Positions 1 to 8,689 of a stretch of DNA of 37,604 nucleotides are shown in pieces. Origin of the DNA: Candidatus Bathyarchaeia archaeon (GTDB taxonomy: Archaea > Thermoproteota > Bathyarchaeia > 40CM-2-53-6); the NCBI GenBank assembly GCA_049517415.1, contig JBEKSC010000026.1:1-37604 (forward strand). The letters run 5' to 3'. How positions within the stretch are numbered: position 1 is the first letter of the stretch; the number at the start of each line of letters is the position of its first letter. Made by a program: the position numbers and the translations under genes. The notes under the pieces are model-generated. The model worked only from the letters and a program-made list of their open reading frames with translations, did no database searches and was not told where the DNA came from.

Positions 1-2
1 TC

Positions 3-248
3 GGCAACGCGCTCGAGGTGGCCGAGTCCGTCGAAGTGCTCTCCGGTGGCAACGACTCATCCGATCTCGTCGAGCTCACGCTCGCTCTCGCCCGACAGAT
101 GCTCGAACTGGCAGGGATCGAGGCCGACCCCGCCGTCGCGCTCCGAGACGGCTCGGCCCTGGAGCGGTACCGGGCAATGGTTACCGCCCAGGGAGGCGAC
201 CCGGACGCTCCCCTGCCTCGCGCGGCCCACATCGAACTGGTGGCCGCC
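3..248 (+). CDS. deoA: Internal fragment of a thymidine/pyrimidine-nucleoside phosphorylase (high-GC bacterial, Actinobacteria-like); truncated by the window start and a probable chimeric junction
   Basis: The frame from nt 3 reads GNALEVAESVEVL...VELTLALARQML...AMVTAQGGDPDAPLP. GNALEV and AQGGD are hallmark segments of the DeoA/Pdp family. Line 121-180 is 46/60 GC. Confidence 0.8.
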
Positions 249-689
249 GACCGCCCGTTCCTGTTCGCCTCGGTGGCCGGAACGCTTTCCAGTTTCGGTA
301 TGAATATTCTCAAGGCCGAGGCATTTGCTAACCGCCGCGGCCTGGTGCTGGACACGTTCACGTTTGACGATCCCTTGCGCACGCTGGATCTGAATCCCAC
401 GGAGGCGGGCCGCCTGCGCGCCACCACTGAGCGCGTGCTGGCGGGCAAGACGGACGTTCGCGAGCTGCTGCGCAACCGGCCGAAGCCCGTGCTGCCCAGC
501 CGCAAAGCGCGCATCCCCGCCACGGTCTCATTCAACTCGGAGGCCGGCCACACGGCGACGCTGGTGGAGATTGTGGCCGAAGACCGTCCCGGCCTGCTCT
601 ACGACCTGGCCTCGGCGATTTCCTCCTGCGGCGGCAACATCGAAGTCGTCTTGATCGACACCGAAGCGCACAAAGCCATCGACGTTTTC
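249..689 (+). CDS. glnD: Fragment with the two C-terminal ACT domains of GlnD (PII uridylyltransferase), bacterial; probable chimeric segment
   Basis: DRPFLFASVAGTLSSFGMNILKAEAF...LDTF and TLVEIVAEDRPGLLYDLASAISSCGGNIEVVLIDTEAHKAIDVF match the tandem ACT pair of GlnD. High GC (line 421-480 is 43/60). Confidence 0.8.
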
Positions 690-1139
690 TTGGACAAACT
701 CGAAATGTGCCATGTGATAGATTACAAGGACCGGTTGGAGTTGGACACGCCAACAGTTCCCCTAGCTGAGCTTCTGCTTCAAAAGCTTCAGATCGTCCAA
801 ACGAACGAGAAGGATATCCAAGACACGATAATACTTCTTATAGAGCATGACCTTGGAAAAGGCGACAAGGAAGAGATTAACGCTGATTATATCGCTAAAG
901 TTCTGGCGAACGAGTGGGGCTTCTACTACACGGTTTCATTGAACTGCGGCAAAATAAGGGAATTTCTGGGAAAATACGAACCCTTGACTAAGCAGGACAA
1001 AGCGGTTGTGATGGAGCGGATTGATAAGCTCCAGGAGAGGGTCGAGAAACAGCCCAAGACGTTTCAATGGAAGATGCGGGCCAAAGTTGGGCCATCGGTC
1101 AAGTGGTATAACCAAGTAGAAGAAGTACAGCGCGACTAG
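678..1139 (+). CDS. C-terminal part of an uncharacterised nucleotidyltransferase-like protein (5' end lost at the chimeric junction)
   Basis: DVFLDKLEMCH...TVPLAELLLQKLQIVQTNEKDIQD...WGFYYT...WKMRAKVG...WY resembles the family often found upstream of the next gene's metallophosphoesterase family. GC drops abruptly (line 781-840 is 23/60) to the level of the rest of the window. Confidence 0.6.
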   Translation: MDVFLDKLEMCHVIDYKDRLELDTPTVPLAELLLQKLQIVQTNEKDIQDTIILLIEHDLGKGDKEEINADYIAKVLANEWGFYYTVSLNCGKIREFLGKYEPLTKQDKAVVMERIDKLQERVEKQPKTFQWKMRAKVGPSVKWYNQVEEVQRD

Positions 1140-1197
1140 TCGTACCGAGAACAAAACTGAAATATGGATAAGCGACCGTAACGGCCGGAGTCATTAC

Positions 1198-2148
1198 TTG
1201 GCTAAGGTCACAATTATCTTTGCCTCCGACTTTCATGGTAGCGAGGTTGTCTGGCGCAAATTTCTGAACTCCGCAGCAATGTTCAAGGCAAACTGGTTGA
1301 TTATGGGCGGAGACCTTACCGGCAAAATTCTGACACCTATAGTGCGTCAGGCCGATGGTACATACAAATCCGAATTTTTGAACGAGACACACATTGTTCA
1401 ACCTGATCAAGTCGAGAACTTCAAACGACGAGTAAGAGAGCAATGCTACATACCATACGTATGCAGCGAAAGTGAATTCGAGACCCTGAAGAATGCTTCT
1501 CAAGATGAAATAGAGAAAATATTCGCTGAGCTTGAATGCGAGACGTTGAAGGACTGGTTAGAACTGGTGCCGAAGAAGATCCCACAAGGGACTAAGGTCC
1601 TCATTCATCCTGGCAACGACGACAAATTTGAACTGGATGGGGTGATAAAAGCCAGCCCATACGTTACCTACGCCGAAGAATCCGTAGTGGATCTAGATGG
1701 AGAACATGAAGCGGCCTGCTGCGGATGGTCGAACCCAACACCGTGGAACAGCCCGCGAGAATGCTCCGAAGAAGAGTTAATGGTCAAGCTCGAGAAAGCG
1801 GCCTCTCAAGTTCGCAACGTTGACAGATCCGTATTTTGTCTACATTGTCCGCCGTACCAGTCACAGATTGACAATGCACCTCAGTTAGACAAGAATTTCA
1901 AACCCATAATGGAGGGAGGTCGACCAAAGATCATCCCAGTCGGCTCAAAATCGGTTCGAACCATCATAGAGAAATATCAACCTCTCCTAGGAATGCACGG
2001 CCACATCCACGAATGCAGAGGATGGATGAAGATCGGTAGAACTCAATGCATGAATCCGGGCTCGGAATATACAGAAGGAATTCTGAGCGCTTACCTGATC
2101 GAGATAGATGGCGAAAAGATAAAACGACTACAACGCGTTGAAGGCTAG
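1198..2148 (+). CDS. Calcineurin-like metallophosphoesterase (Icc-related)
   Basis: Metal-ligand motifs DFH, GGD, GNDD, HCPP and HGHIHE in the canonical order; 316 aa. Confidence 0.9.
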   Translation: MAKVTIIFASDFHGSEVVWRKFLNSAAMFKANWLIMGGDLTGKILTPIVRQADGTYKSEFLNETHIVQPDQVENFKRRVREQCYIPYVCSESEFETLKNASQDEIEKIFAELECETLKDWLELVPKKIPQGTKVLIHPGNDDKFELDGVIKASPYVTYAEESVVDLDGEHEAACCGWSNPTPWNSPRECSEEELMVKLEKAASQVRNVDRSVFCLHCPPYQSQIDNAPQLDKNFKPIMEGGRPKIIPVGSKSVRTIIEKYQPLLGMHGHIHECRGWMKIGRTQCMNPGSEYTEGILSAYLIEIDGEKIKRLQRVEG

Positions 2149-2200
2149 CTGTTCATTAATCCGCGCAGCATCTCTCTACAAAACGAAAAAGCCGCCCAAC

Positions 2201-2311
2201 TCAAGGCCGCTTCGTCGTGAGTATGGTAAAAACGATAAAAGCCAAAATTATAAGGCCGATAGTGATTCCAATGATGCTCGGATGCTCGGTAAGCAACTTT
2301 CGTACATTCAT
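2201..2311 (-). CDS. 36-aa single-pass membrane microprotein (not in the ORF track)
   Basis: The reverse strand reads ATG...TGA: MNVRKLLTEHPSIIGITIGLIILAFIVFTILTTKRP. It has one clean ~19-aa hydrophobic helix with basic flanks and sits in an otherwise empty 310-bp gap. Confidence 0.6.
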   Translation of the reverse strand: MNVRKLLTEHPSIIGITIGLIILAFIVFTILTTKRP

Positions 2312-2457
2312 GTTTCGTCCGACGAGCCCTCTATTCCGCGCGCATATGGTTCTTGCGTATTTACTCTAGAGAGTTGAATTGCCTCTCCAATAGGTAGCGA
2401 TTTCACGTTTCCTTAGAGAAGATTACTAAGCTTCAACTCGACGAATGCTGAACCATT

Positions 2458-3429
2458 TTAGTAGGCGAGATATTTTCTCCGCAGTAGGTCGCTTACTAGG
2501 CGGTTCAGGCGCATTTGGTTCGCCATGCTGCGTCCCAACTGGTTAGGGCTCGTGCTCATTTCACCCGTAGAGATGTTAACGTAACCCAACCCGACGTCTC
2601 TGTTCCCAAACTGACTGATAACATTGTTCACAGAGTCGGGAGCAGGTTCGTCGCTCAGAAGAAGCAACCATGACCATTTGATGTCCTTCTGATCGCGCTG
2701 AGTCTCGACAATCCTCAGAAGCCTCATCAATTGTTCTTTTGTACGGGACCCATCAACCCAATGAGCGTACATGCACACATTATAGTTGGGCATGACCGTG
2801 TACGCCAAGAACCGGGAAAGAAGGAATCCTTTGGAACGAGTACCACCTCGAGCCAGTAATGGGAACACTTCTCCAGATAGCTGATAATCCCTGAAGGTTT
2901 CGCTCAGATCAGCCAACCATCGTGCTCTCCCACGCTGAAGTTCTCTCTCCAGACCACCAACCAAATCAGGCGGACGATCCTCAGGTGCGTGCGAGTCGAT
3001 GCGAGAAGAAACAAAATCACGGAACACGTACGGATCAAGGCCGCAACCAGATGAGTCGATGTCGCAATGAATCCCATCTCTCTCGAAGTAGACTCTAACC
3101 TTATGTCGTCCGTAACTGTCCTTAACCAAAGAGCATTCTTTGAACTCTGACCATTGATGAGGGTCTAAATCTCTTCTACCTATTCTCTCTTGATACCCGC
3201 GATCGTCATACTCCAACTCTCGATGATCACGCAGGAAATAGAGAACCACGGATGATACTATTCCCAGCAAGATCGGCCCAACAAGGCTGAAGGCAGGTAT
3301 AAAACCAGACAGCCCAAGAAGATTAATGACGACCGACCAAAGAATCGAGAAACCCACGGTCAGAGGAGCCCAGTAAACCGCTATCCTGGAGTACTGCACC
3401 TTTGACCTTCGAACCAACTTTATCCCCAC
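2458..3429 (-). CDS. Hypothetical membrane protein (2 N-terminal TM helices, probable PH-like domain, alpha/beta C-terminal domain)
   Basis: 323-aa ORF with two hydrophobic segments. The LEYDDRG...WSEF pattern is typical of bacterial-PH-like domains after a TM hairpin. Confidence 0.7.
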   Translation of the reverse strand: MGIKLVRRSKVQYSRIAVYWAPLTVGFSILWSVVINLLGLSGFIPAFSLVGPILLGIVSSVVLYFLRDHRELEYDDRGYQERIGRRDLDPHQWSEFKECSLVKDSYGRHKVRVYFERDGIHCDIDSSGCGLDPYVFRDFVSSRIDSHAPEDRPPDLVGGLERELQRGRARWLADLSETFRDYQLSGEVFPLLARGGTRSKGFLLSRFLAYTVMPNYNVCMYAHWVDGSRTKEQLMRLLRIVETQRDQKDIKWSWLLLLSDEPAPDSVNNVISQFGNRDVGLGYVNISTGEMSTSPNQLGRSMANQMRLNRLVSDLLRRKYLAY

Positions 3430-3516
3430 TCAGCTATGACTTGAGATGAAATATAGCTTTGAGTATACCGACCGCGATTTCGGAGCTTTGGAATTAGCGA
3501 AGGCCGGAATCAATTG

Positions 3517-4104
3517 TTAGATTTTACCGAGCACTTTTCTCACATAGGTTCCCACATTCTGCGTCGACAAGTGCTCTTTGAAAGTGTGACCTTCCGTTTT
3601 GCTCAGTCCTGGGCATAGCGGGTCGACTCGCAGGCGAGTTCCCGAGGGGATGAGTGGGTATAGTCGGCATGCGATGGGTCTGATATTGTATATTGAGCAT
3701 CTGGGCTTGTCTCCTTCGTATTTGAGAAATATGCATGCGCCGTCTTTTCGTCTCTTGAGCCAGTGATGGTTTCCACGACGTTCAATGATTGTTTCATCAA
3801 TTCCGTTTTCTTTCGCATATTGCAGAACCCTATCCACGTCGTCTCTCCCTAGATTGACCCTTAAATGACAGGAGGCTCCGCAAGCCACACATTCATGTCT
3901 GACCTTGCCCGAGCTGAAATCTTCGAAACTCCGAAAAGCCAAGTATCGTTCAAAATATAGGTAAATCGATACTCGCGTTACGATGACCGATGCAACGAGG
4001 AGCGCTATCGAGTTCGCGACTCCTTGCCCAGAAAAGTATGCGATGGCGGCTATGACGGCGCTGGCAGAATAGCCACACCTCAGCAGAATACGGTCCAGTC
4101 TCAA
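3517..4104 (-). CDS. YkgJ/CxxCxxCC-family cysteine-cluster (Fe-S/Zn) protein with N-terminal membrane hairpin
   Basis: CVACGASC...GACIFL...CSIYNIRPIACRLYP...CPG matches the family signature (CxFL, CxIYxxRPxxCRxYP). Confidence 0.85.
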   Translation of the reverse strand: MRLDRILLRCGYSASAVIAAIAYFSGQGVANSIALLVASVIVTRVSIYLYFERYLAFRSFEDFSSGKVRHECVACGASCHLRVNLGRDDVDRVLQYAKENGIDETIIERRGNHHWLKRRKDGACIFLKYEGDKPRCSIYNIRPIACRLYPLIPSGTRLRVDPLCPGLSKTEGHTFKEHLSTQNVGTYVRKVLGKI

Positions 4105-4156
4105 GGCAAATGACTTCGGCGCTGGGTTGATTTAGGGAGTTAAATGGCTTTACGCA

Positions 4157-4186
4157 GGAAAAAGGAAAAAAGAGGAAAGAAAAGGG
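4157..4186 (-). terminator. Pyrimidine/oligo-T tract, probable archaeal terminator of the APC permease gene
   Basis: A pure purine run on + (GGAAAAAGGAAAAAAGAGGAAAGAAAAGGG) gives a T-rich tract on -, 13 nt after the stop at 4199. Confidence 0.6.
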
Positions 4187-4198
4187 TTAGGGCTTAAT

Positions 4199-5899
4199 CT
4201 ATTCGGGTGGGATTTGGGCGAATATCGTGCTGTAGTCGACTTCTTTGGCCTTCCCGTACTTGTAGTAGGCGTAGATTAGTGCTGCGATAACGCCTGTTGC
4301 CAATAGCATCCAAAACGCTTGGTATTCGGCTGAGATGATCATGTAGTCCAGGTAGAGGTTTGCAATTACGCCGACCACTCCGATAGTGGCCATGCCTACC
4401 TTCCCGCCGTACTTGACTGGAGCAGTCTCGTAGATTCTAGCGGCTGACTTTCTATAGGGTAGGAAGACAAGCGAAAGCGCGAAGAGGGTGAAGAAACACG
4501 CGTCGAAGATGTCGGTGGAAGCGACACCGGTCGAGAAGATGAAGTCTAGTCCGCCTCCTAGCATTCCTGGTCCCGGGTTCCAGCTTCCTCCATGACTCAG
4601 AACGCCTGATTCGGAGAAGCAGCCCAAGATTGCGAAGATACCGCACACTATGGTTGCGTTTACTGGGGAGTGGAATCTCTCGTTTACATTAGCCAATGAA
4701 TTGGGCAATACCCGGTCGAAGGCCATTGCGAAGAGAATTCTCGAGGCGGTCAGGATGAATGGTGGAATGTCGTTTGCAACCCAAAATATCGCAAAGATTA
4801 GAACAAGCCAGTTGAGACTTGAAAGTCCAAGGCCTATACCAGTCATACCCGCGATTGTTGTGCTCCATGCTTTGATTAGTGGCAAACCAGTGTTTTTGAG
4901 ATGTCCGGCCCCGTAGGACAGGTAAGCGTACGCCTCGAAGAATGACCAGACGTTGCCGTTGGGGAGCGTTATTCTGCCGAGTGCAGCAGATGCGTATGCT
5001 GCTAGCGAGGATACAAGTACGTACATGATGATGATTATGAATGAAGAGAGGAGCAGCACTTTTGGTAAGGTCCTGTTCGCCTCTTTCACCTCGCCTGCTA
5101 CGAATGTCGACGCTGCGTATCCGACGTAAGCAAAGTACGCGCCAATCATCGCCGTGCTCACCGCGGACCAATAGTTGCCGACGTTAGCTGCGTCGAGTCC
5201 TTGGCTAAGAGCTGCAGTCACATAAGATGAGGGAGTTACTCCGGCGAAACCCTGCGCAGTGGCGAATGTTGAAACGCCCAACGACAAGGCAGTTGGATTA
5301 GCGATTGATGTGGCAAGTAAGTAGATGATGTAGATCGTAAGGACTGCTGGTATCCAGAACATGACCTGAAGCAGCATCCCTGCTAGTCGCACTCCCAGTG
5401 AGCCGACTGCCGTGAAGAGAATCACTAGCAAGAGGCCTCCTCCGAATAGGGCGACATCAGTGATTCCCGCTCCAGTAATTCCCACCATGGGTCCGAAGAT
5501 GAAGAAGATACCTTCAAAGACGGCGACGGCTATGATTCCGAAAGACCAAGAAATGGTCATGAATTCCCACGATGAACTGACAAACGCCCAAAATGGGCCG
5601 ACCATTCTTGAGATTACGACGTAGCCTCCCCCTGAGCGTGGCATTGCAGCTATTAGGATTGAGAAAGCAAACACAGAGAGTAGGATGATGATTCCTCCAA
5701 TGATAAACGCCATAACCATTGGTGGAATACCTGCAACCCAAAGGTTCTCGGGAAGCGGCGCTTTGCCCGTAAATTGAAAGATTCGTTTCTGCCAGCCGAG
5801 GCCCATGACGTTACAGAGTATGATGATGACCGCTGTGAACATACCGATTTCCCTGACGAGCCCTGTAGCTTTTCTTGCAAATAGTTTCTTTTCTGACAT
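4199..5899 (-). CDS. APC-family amino acid/polyamine permease
   Basis: 566 aa with 12 or more TM helices; N-terminal FARKATGLVREI, AMPRSGGGY, AGEVK, SRILFAMAFDRVLP, C-terminal IPPE. Confidence 0.92.
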   Translation of the reverse strand: MSEKKLFARKATGLVREIGMFTAVIIILCNVMGLGWQKRIFQFTGKAPLPENLWVAGIPPMVMAFIIGGIIILLSVFAFSILIAAMPRSGGGYVVISRMVGPFWAFVSSSWEFMTISWSFGIIAVAVFEGIFFIFGPMVGITGAGITDVALFGGGLLLVILFTAVGSLGVRLAGMLLQVMFWIPAVLTIYIIYLLATSIANPTALSLGVSTFATAQGFAGVTPSSYVTAALSQGLDAANVGNYWSAVSTAMIGAYFAYVGYAASTFVAGEVKEANRTLPKVLLLSSFIIIIMYVLVSSLAAYASAALGRITLPNGNVWSFFEAYAYLSYGAGHLKNTGLPLIKAWSTTIAGMTGIGLGLSSLNWLVLIFAIFWVANDIPPFILTASRILFAMAFDRVLPNSLANVNERFHSPVNATIVCGIFAILGCFSESGVLSHGGSWNPGPGMLGGGLDFIFSTGVASTDIFDACFFTLFALSLVFLPYRKSAARIYETAPVKYGGKVGMATIGVVGVIANLYLDYMIISAEYQAFWMLLATGVIAALIYAYYKYGKAKEVDYSTIFAQIPPE

Positions 5900-5967
5900 T
5901 TTCCTTCAGTCCATTGTGGCCGGTTGTAGTGAATTTAACACTATTGGTTGCACTTGAAGTTGACATC

Positions 5968-5989
5968 TGTCCGAATCAAAATTCGGACA
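5968..5989. promoter_or_regulatory. Perfect inverted repeat, candidate transcription-factor operator
   Basis: TGTCCGAAT-CAAA-ATTCGGACA (9-bp arms), ~30 bp upstream of a TTAAAT TATA-like element (- strand, ~5933-5938) of the permease gene. Confidence 0.5.
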
Positions 5990-6316
5990 CTAATGTGTCG
6001 TATCAAGGATATGCAACAATTGACGACCCCTGCGAAACCGTTCCCTTTGCCTCCCCTTTCGAGAATGACTTTTCAATTCGGTCTTTGCTTCACTCGTAGA
6101 GAACCCGCAGGAAACGTTCCACGTTTAGAATTTGAAGCCTTACGGCACCACAACTTCCGCGAATATCTGTAGCGACGGCGTCTCAAAGACCGTTTTTCTA
6201 CTTCCGTCCTCTTAGAAATCGACATCGCTTGGATTTGCGATCTCAAGAAGACGCATACTGTAAAGAGACAAGACTTTTCTCCACGAAACTTTCAAAGCCA
6301 CGGTTGGGTTTACGAC

Positions 6317-7642
6317 TTGACACAGGCTCAAATGGCCCGAATGAAACAATCCCAAATATCACTTTCTGTGGATGAACTCCCCAAGAAGTGGTACAACATT
6401 CTTCCAGACTTACCGACCCGCATCGCTCCCCCTAAGGACCCTGAAAAAGGCCCTTCGCGGCTCGAGTTGCTCGGCAAGCGCTTAATAGGAGAATGCTTGC
6501 GGCAGGAGAATTCTGAGTCACGATGGATTGACATCCCCGAAGAAGTGAGAGAGCTCTATATTCACGCGGGAAGACCGAGGCCGTTGTACCGAGCCTACAG
6601 ACTTGAGAAAAAACTCGGTCTAAAGAAAGTTCGCCTTTACTATAAGCGCGAAGACCTGAGCCCTACGGGTTCTCATAAAGTTAACACAGCACTCGCCCAG
6701 GCTTACTATGCCCAGAAGGAAGGTAAGAAGGTCCTAGTCACAGAAACGGGTGCCGGTCAATGGGGTTCAGCATTATCATACGCTGCGAGCCTAATTGGCC
6801 TGTCAACATTCGTATTCTGGGTTAGAGCAGTCTACAACTGGAAGCCCGAACGTAGGATTCTCATGCAGATGTATGGAGCTAAAGTGCATGCGTCACCGAG
6901 TAGAGAAACGTCCTGCGGGAGCAAACTCCTCGATCAGGACCCGAATCATCCGGGATCCTTGGGAATCGCCGTTTCAGAAGGTTTAGAGTATACTGATGGT
7001 TCACCTGACCGAGTCTATTGTCTCGGTTCCGTGCTGAACCATGTCCTGCTTCACCAATCAGTAGTTGGCTTGGAAACCATCAAGCAATTTGAACAAGTGG
7101 ATGATTCCCCCGACCTCATTGTGGGATGCGTAGGCGGAGGATCGAATTTTGGCGGCATCGCTCTCCCGTTCATGGGAGAAGTTTTAGCAGGAAAACGACG
7201 CTGTGAATTCCTCGCTGCTCAATCTGAATCATCGCAGAACCTAATCAAGGGTGAATACAAGTACGACTTCGGCGACCATGCTGAGCAGACCCCACTTTTG
7301 ATGATGTACACCTTAGGCCATCAGGCAGTGATGCCTCCCATACGGGCAGATGGTCTACGTTACCATGCTGCAGCGCCCATCCTAAGCGCACTTAGGCATA
7401 GTGGCCATCTCAAGGCAGTGGCTTATCCAATAGACGAAGTCGTAGTTTTTGAGGCAGCAAGGATGTTCCTGCAAACTGAGGGATGGTTAATCGCAGGCGA
7501 ATCGGCTCACGCAGTGCGAGCTGCAATCGATGCTGCGAAAGCCGCGGAGAGCAGAGGAGAGGAGAAATGCATCTGCATGAACATAAGCGGTCACGGATTC
7601 TTGGACATTGACGCCTATCGAGCCGTTCTCAAAATAGAATAG
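6317..7642 (+). CDS. trpB2: TrpB2 (stand-alone tryptophan synthase beta-like PLP enzyme)
   Basis: LPKKWYNILPDLP N-terminal extension, GSHKVNTA (PLP Lys), TETGAGQWG, HPGSLGIAVSE, CVGGGSN, GLRYH, SGHG. Confidence 0.93.
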   Translation: MTQAQMARMKQSQISLSVDELPKKWYNILPDLPTRIAPPKDPEKGPSRLELLGKRLIGECLRQENSESRWIDIPEEVRELYIHAGRPRPLYRAYRLEKKLGLKKVRLYYKREDLSPTGSHKVNTALAQAYYAQKEGKKVLVTETGAGQWGSALSYAASLIGLSTFVFWVRAVYNWKPERRILMQMYGAKVHASPSRETSCGSKLLDQDPNHPGSLGIAVSEGLEYTDGSPDRVYCLGSVLNHVLLHQSVVGLETIKQFEQVDDSPDLIVGCVGGGSNFGGIALPFMGEVLAGKRRCEFLAAQSESSQNLIKGEYKYDFGDHAEQTPLLMMYTLGHQAVMPPIRADGLRYHAAAPILSALRHSGHLKAVAYPIDEVVVFEAARMFLQTEGWLIAGESAHAVRAAIDAAKAAESRGEEKCICMNISGHGFLDIDAYRAVLKIE

Positions 7643-7766
7643 GACCGCGAACGAGAGACTTCCGCCCGCCATTAGATTCTAGGCGCAAGCAGGTCTCATT
7701 TACCTTCAACCATTGTTCTCAGAATCCACATTGGTGAACCTCTATGCCGAGCGCTGTGATATAGCA

Positions 7767-7952
7767 ATGGTCTCGTGGCGCCCTTTCAAGATGCTCGTTT
7801 GTTTATTCATTGGACACAACGACTCCACAGTCGTAATGCAGCTGGGCAAACTCATCACTCAAGAATTTGAAGCGAGAAAATGTTCTAGGTGCAGTAGAAT
7901 TCTTGTCCCCCTCCCGAAGAATAGCGCGGCGATTGCAGAAGATTCAACGTAG
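7767..7952 (+). CDS. Small putative Zn-binding protein (C-x3-GH...CxRC, DUF1660-like)
   Basis: From ATG 7767: MVSWRPFKMLVCLFIGHND...RKCSRCSRILVP. Three Cys plus one His in a pattern seen in small Zn-ribbon proteins. Confidence 0.5.
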   Translation: MVSWRPFKMLVCLFIGHNDSTVVMQLGKLITQEFEARKCSRCSRILVPLPKNSAAIAEDST

Positions 7953-8154
7953 CTACTACGCGAATGCCGAAAGGAAGAGAGGCGGAGAGGAGGGCTTGCT
8001 TGCCTATTCTGGCGGAATTTCTGCGAAGCGGTGGAATGTCGTCCGCAATCGGGCATACCGAAGATGAAGAGAAGCCGGTTTAGTCCGCTTAGCCCAAGAT
8101 AGATGCGCGTCATTTAGCTCCGCGAAAACATGCAAGCAGCTCTTCCGGTTGTGC

Positions 8155-8370
8155 CTATCTGCGGAGCAACGTGAGTACTAGAAACAGAATTGGAAACATC
8201 ATGAGGACAACGATGAAAGTGTACTTTCTCTTTCTTTCCGACCGTTTGAATTGATCCTCACAGATTGACCCACAGAATTCCCTATCCATTCCGACTGGTG
8301 TTGAACATACGGCGCAATGTCGATGCTTCGGGACCGTTACTTTCTCCGCTTGTTTCATATACTTGGACAT
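8155..8370 (-). CDS. DUF2116-family Zn-ribbon membrane protein
   Basis: HRHCAVCSTPV...FCGSIC followed by a basic stretch and a C-terminal TM helix. Confidence 0.85.
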   Translation of the reverse strand: MSKYMKQAEKVTVPKHRHCAVCSTPVGMDREFCGSICEDQFKRSERKRKYTFIVVLMMFPILFLVLTLLRR

Positions 8371-8429
8371 GAACGCTTCACACTCAGCATTGGTGCAAGT
8401 CTAGAAAAACCTGCCGAATTACTGGACTC

Positions 8430-8609
8430 TTATTCTGGAGCTTCTCTTCTTTTCCTCCAAAATCTTCCCTCCTCCTCAGCTAGGCCTGCATGCCGCCTCT
8501 CCCACGCCATGTGTTTCGGGTAATCCTCTTCGCAGAACATCTCCCCGCAGTACTGACACTTTTCTAGTTTGGGCAGTTCTCTTCCGCACGTTGCGCATTT
8601 TGGCAACAT
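8430..8609 (-). CDS. Small AN1/B-box-like zinc-finger protein
   Basis: From ATG 8609: MLPKCATC-x9-CQYC-x4-CEEDYPKH...H; 59 aa. Confidence 0.7.
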   Translation of the reverse strand: MLPKCATCGRELPKLEKCQYCGEMFCEEDYPKHMAWERRHAGLAEEEGRFWRKRREAPE

Positions 8610-8689
8610 TAACCCCAAATTACATTGGGGTACCAACATTAAAAGTAAGGAGTGGGCAAATGTTCCCCTGTCCCGGGGCGCCTCGTTGT

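Noticed and set aside
18..1139. The 373-aa ORF as a genuine novel phosphorylase-ACT-NTase fusion
   Set aside because: Each part is an incomplete fragment, the joins sit at short shared motifs, and GC changes abruptly at ~690. A chimera is more parsimonious.
2138..2377. 79-aa + strand ORF
   Set aside because: Non-protein-like composition; the antisense 36-aa TM ORF explains the region better.
5875..6172. Two 74-aa ORFs in the permease/trpB2 gap
   Set aside because: They overlap promoter and operator elements and have no motifs; likely spurious.
7859..8113. Short ORFs at 7859-8113 (-), 7867-8067 (+) and a 39-aa ORF at 7964-8083 (+)
   Set aside because: No recognisable motif or TM segment, and they overlap each other; none can be supported.
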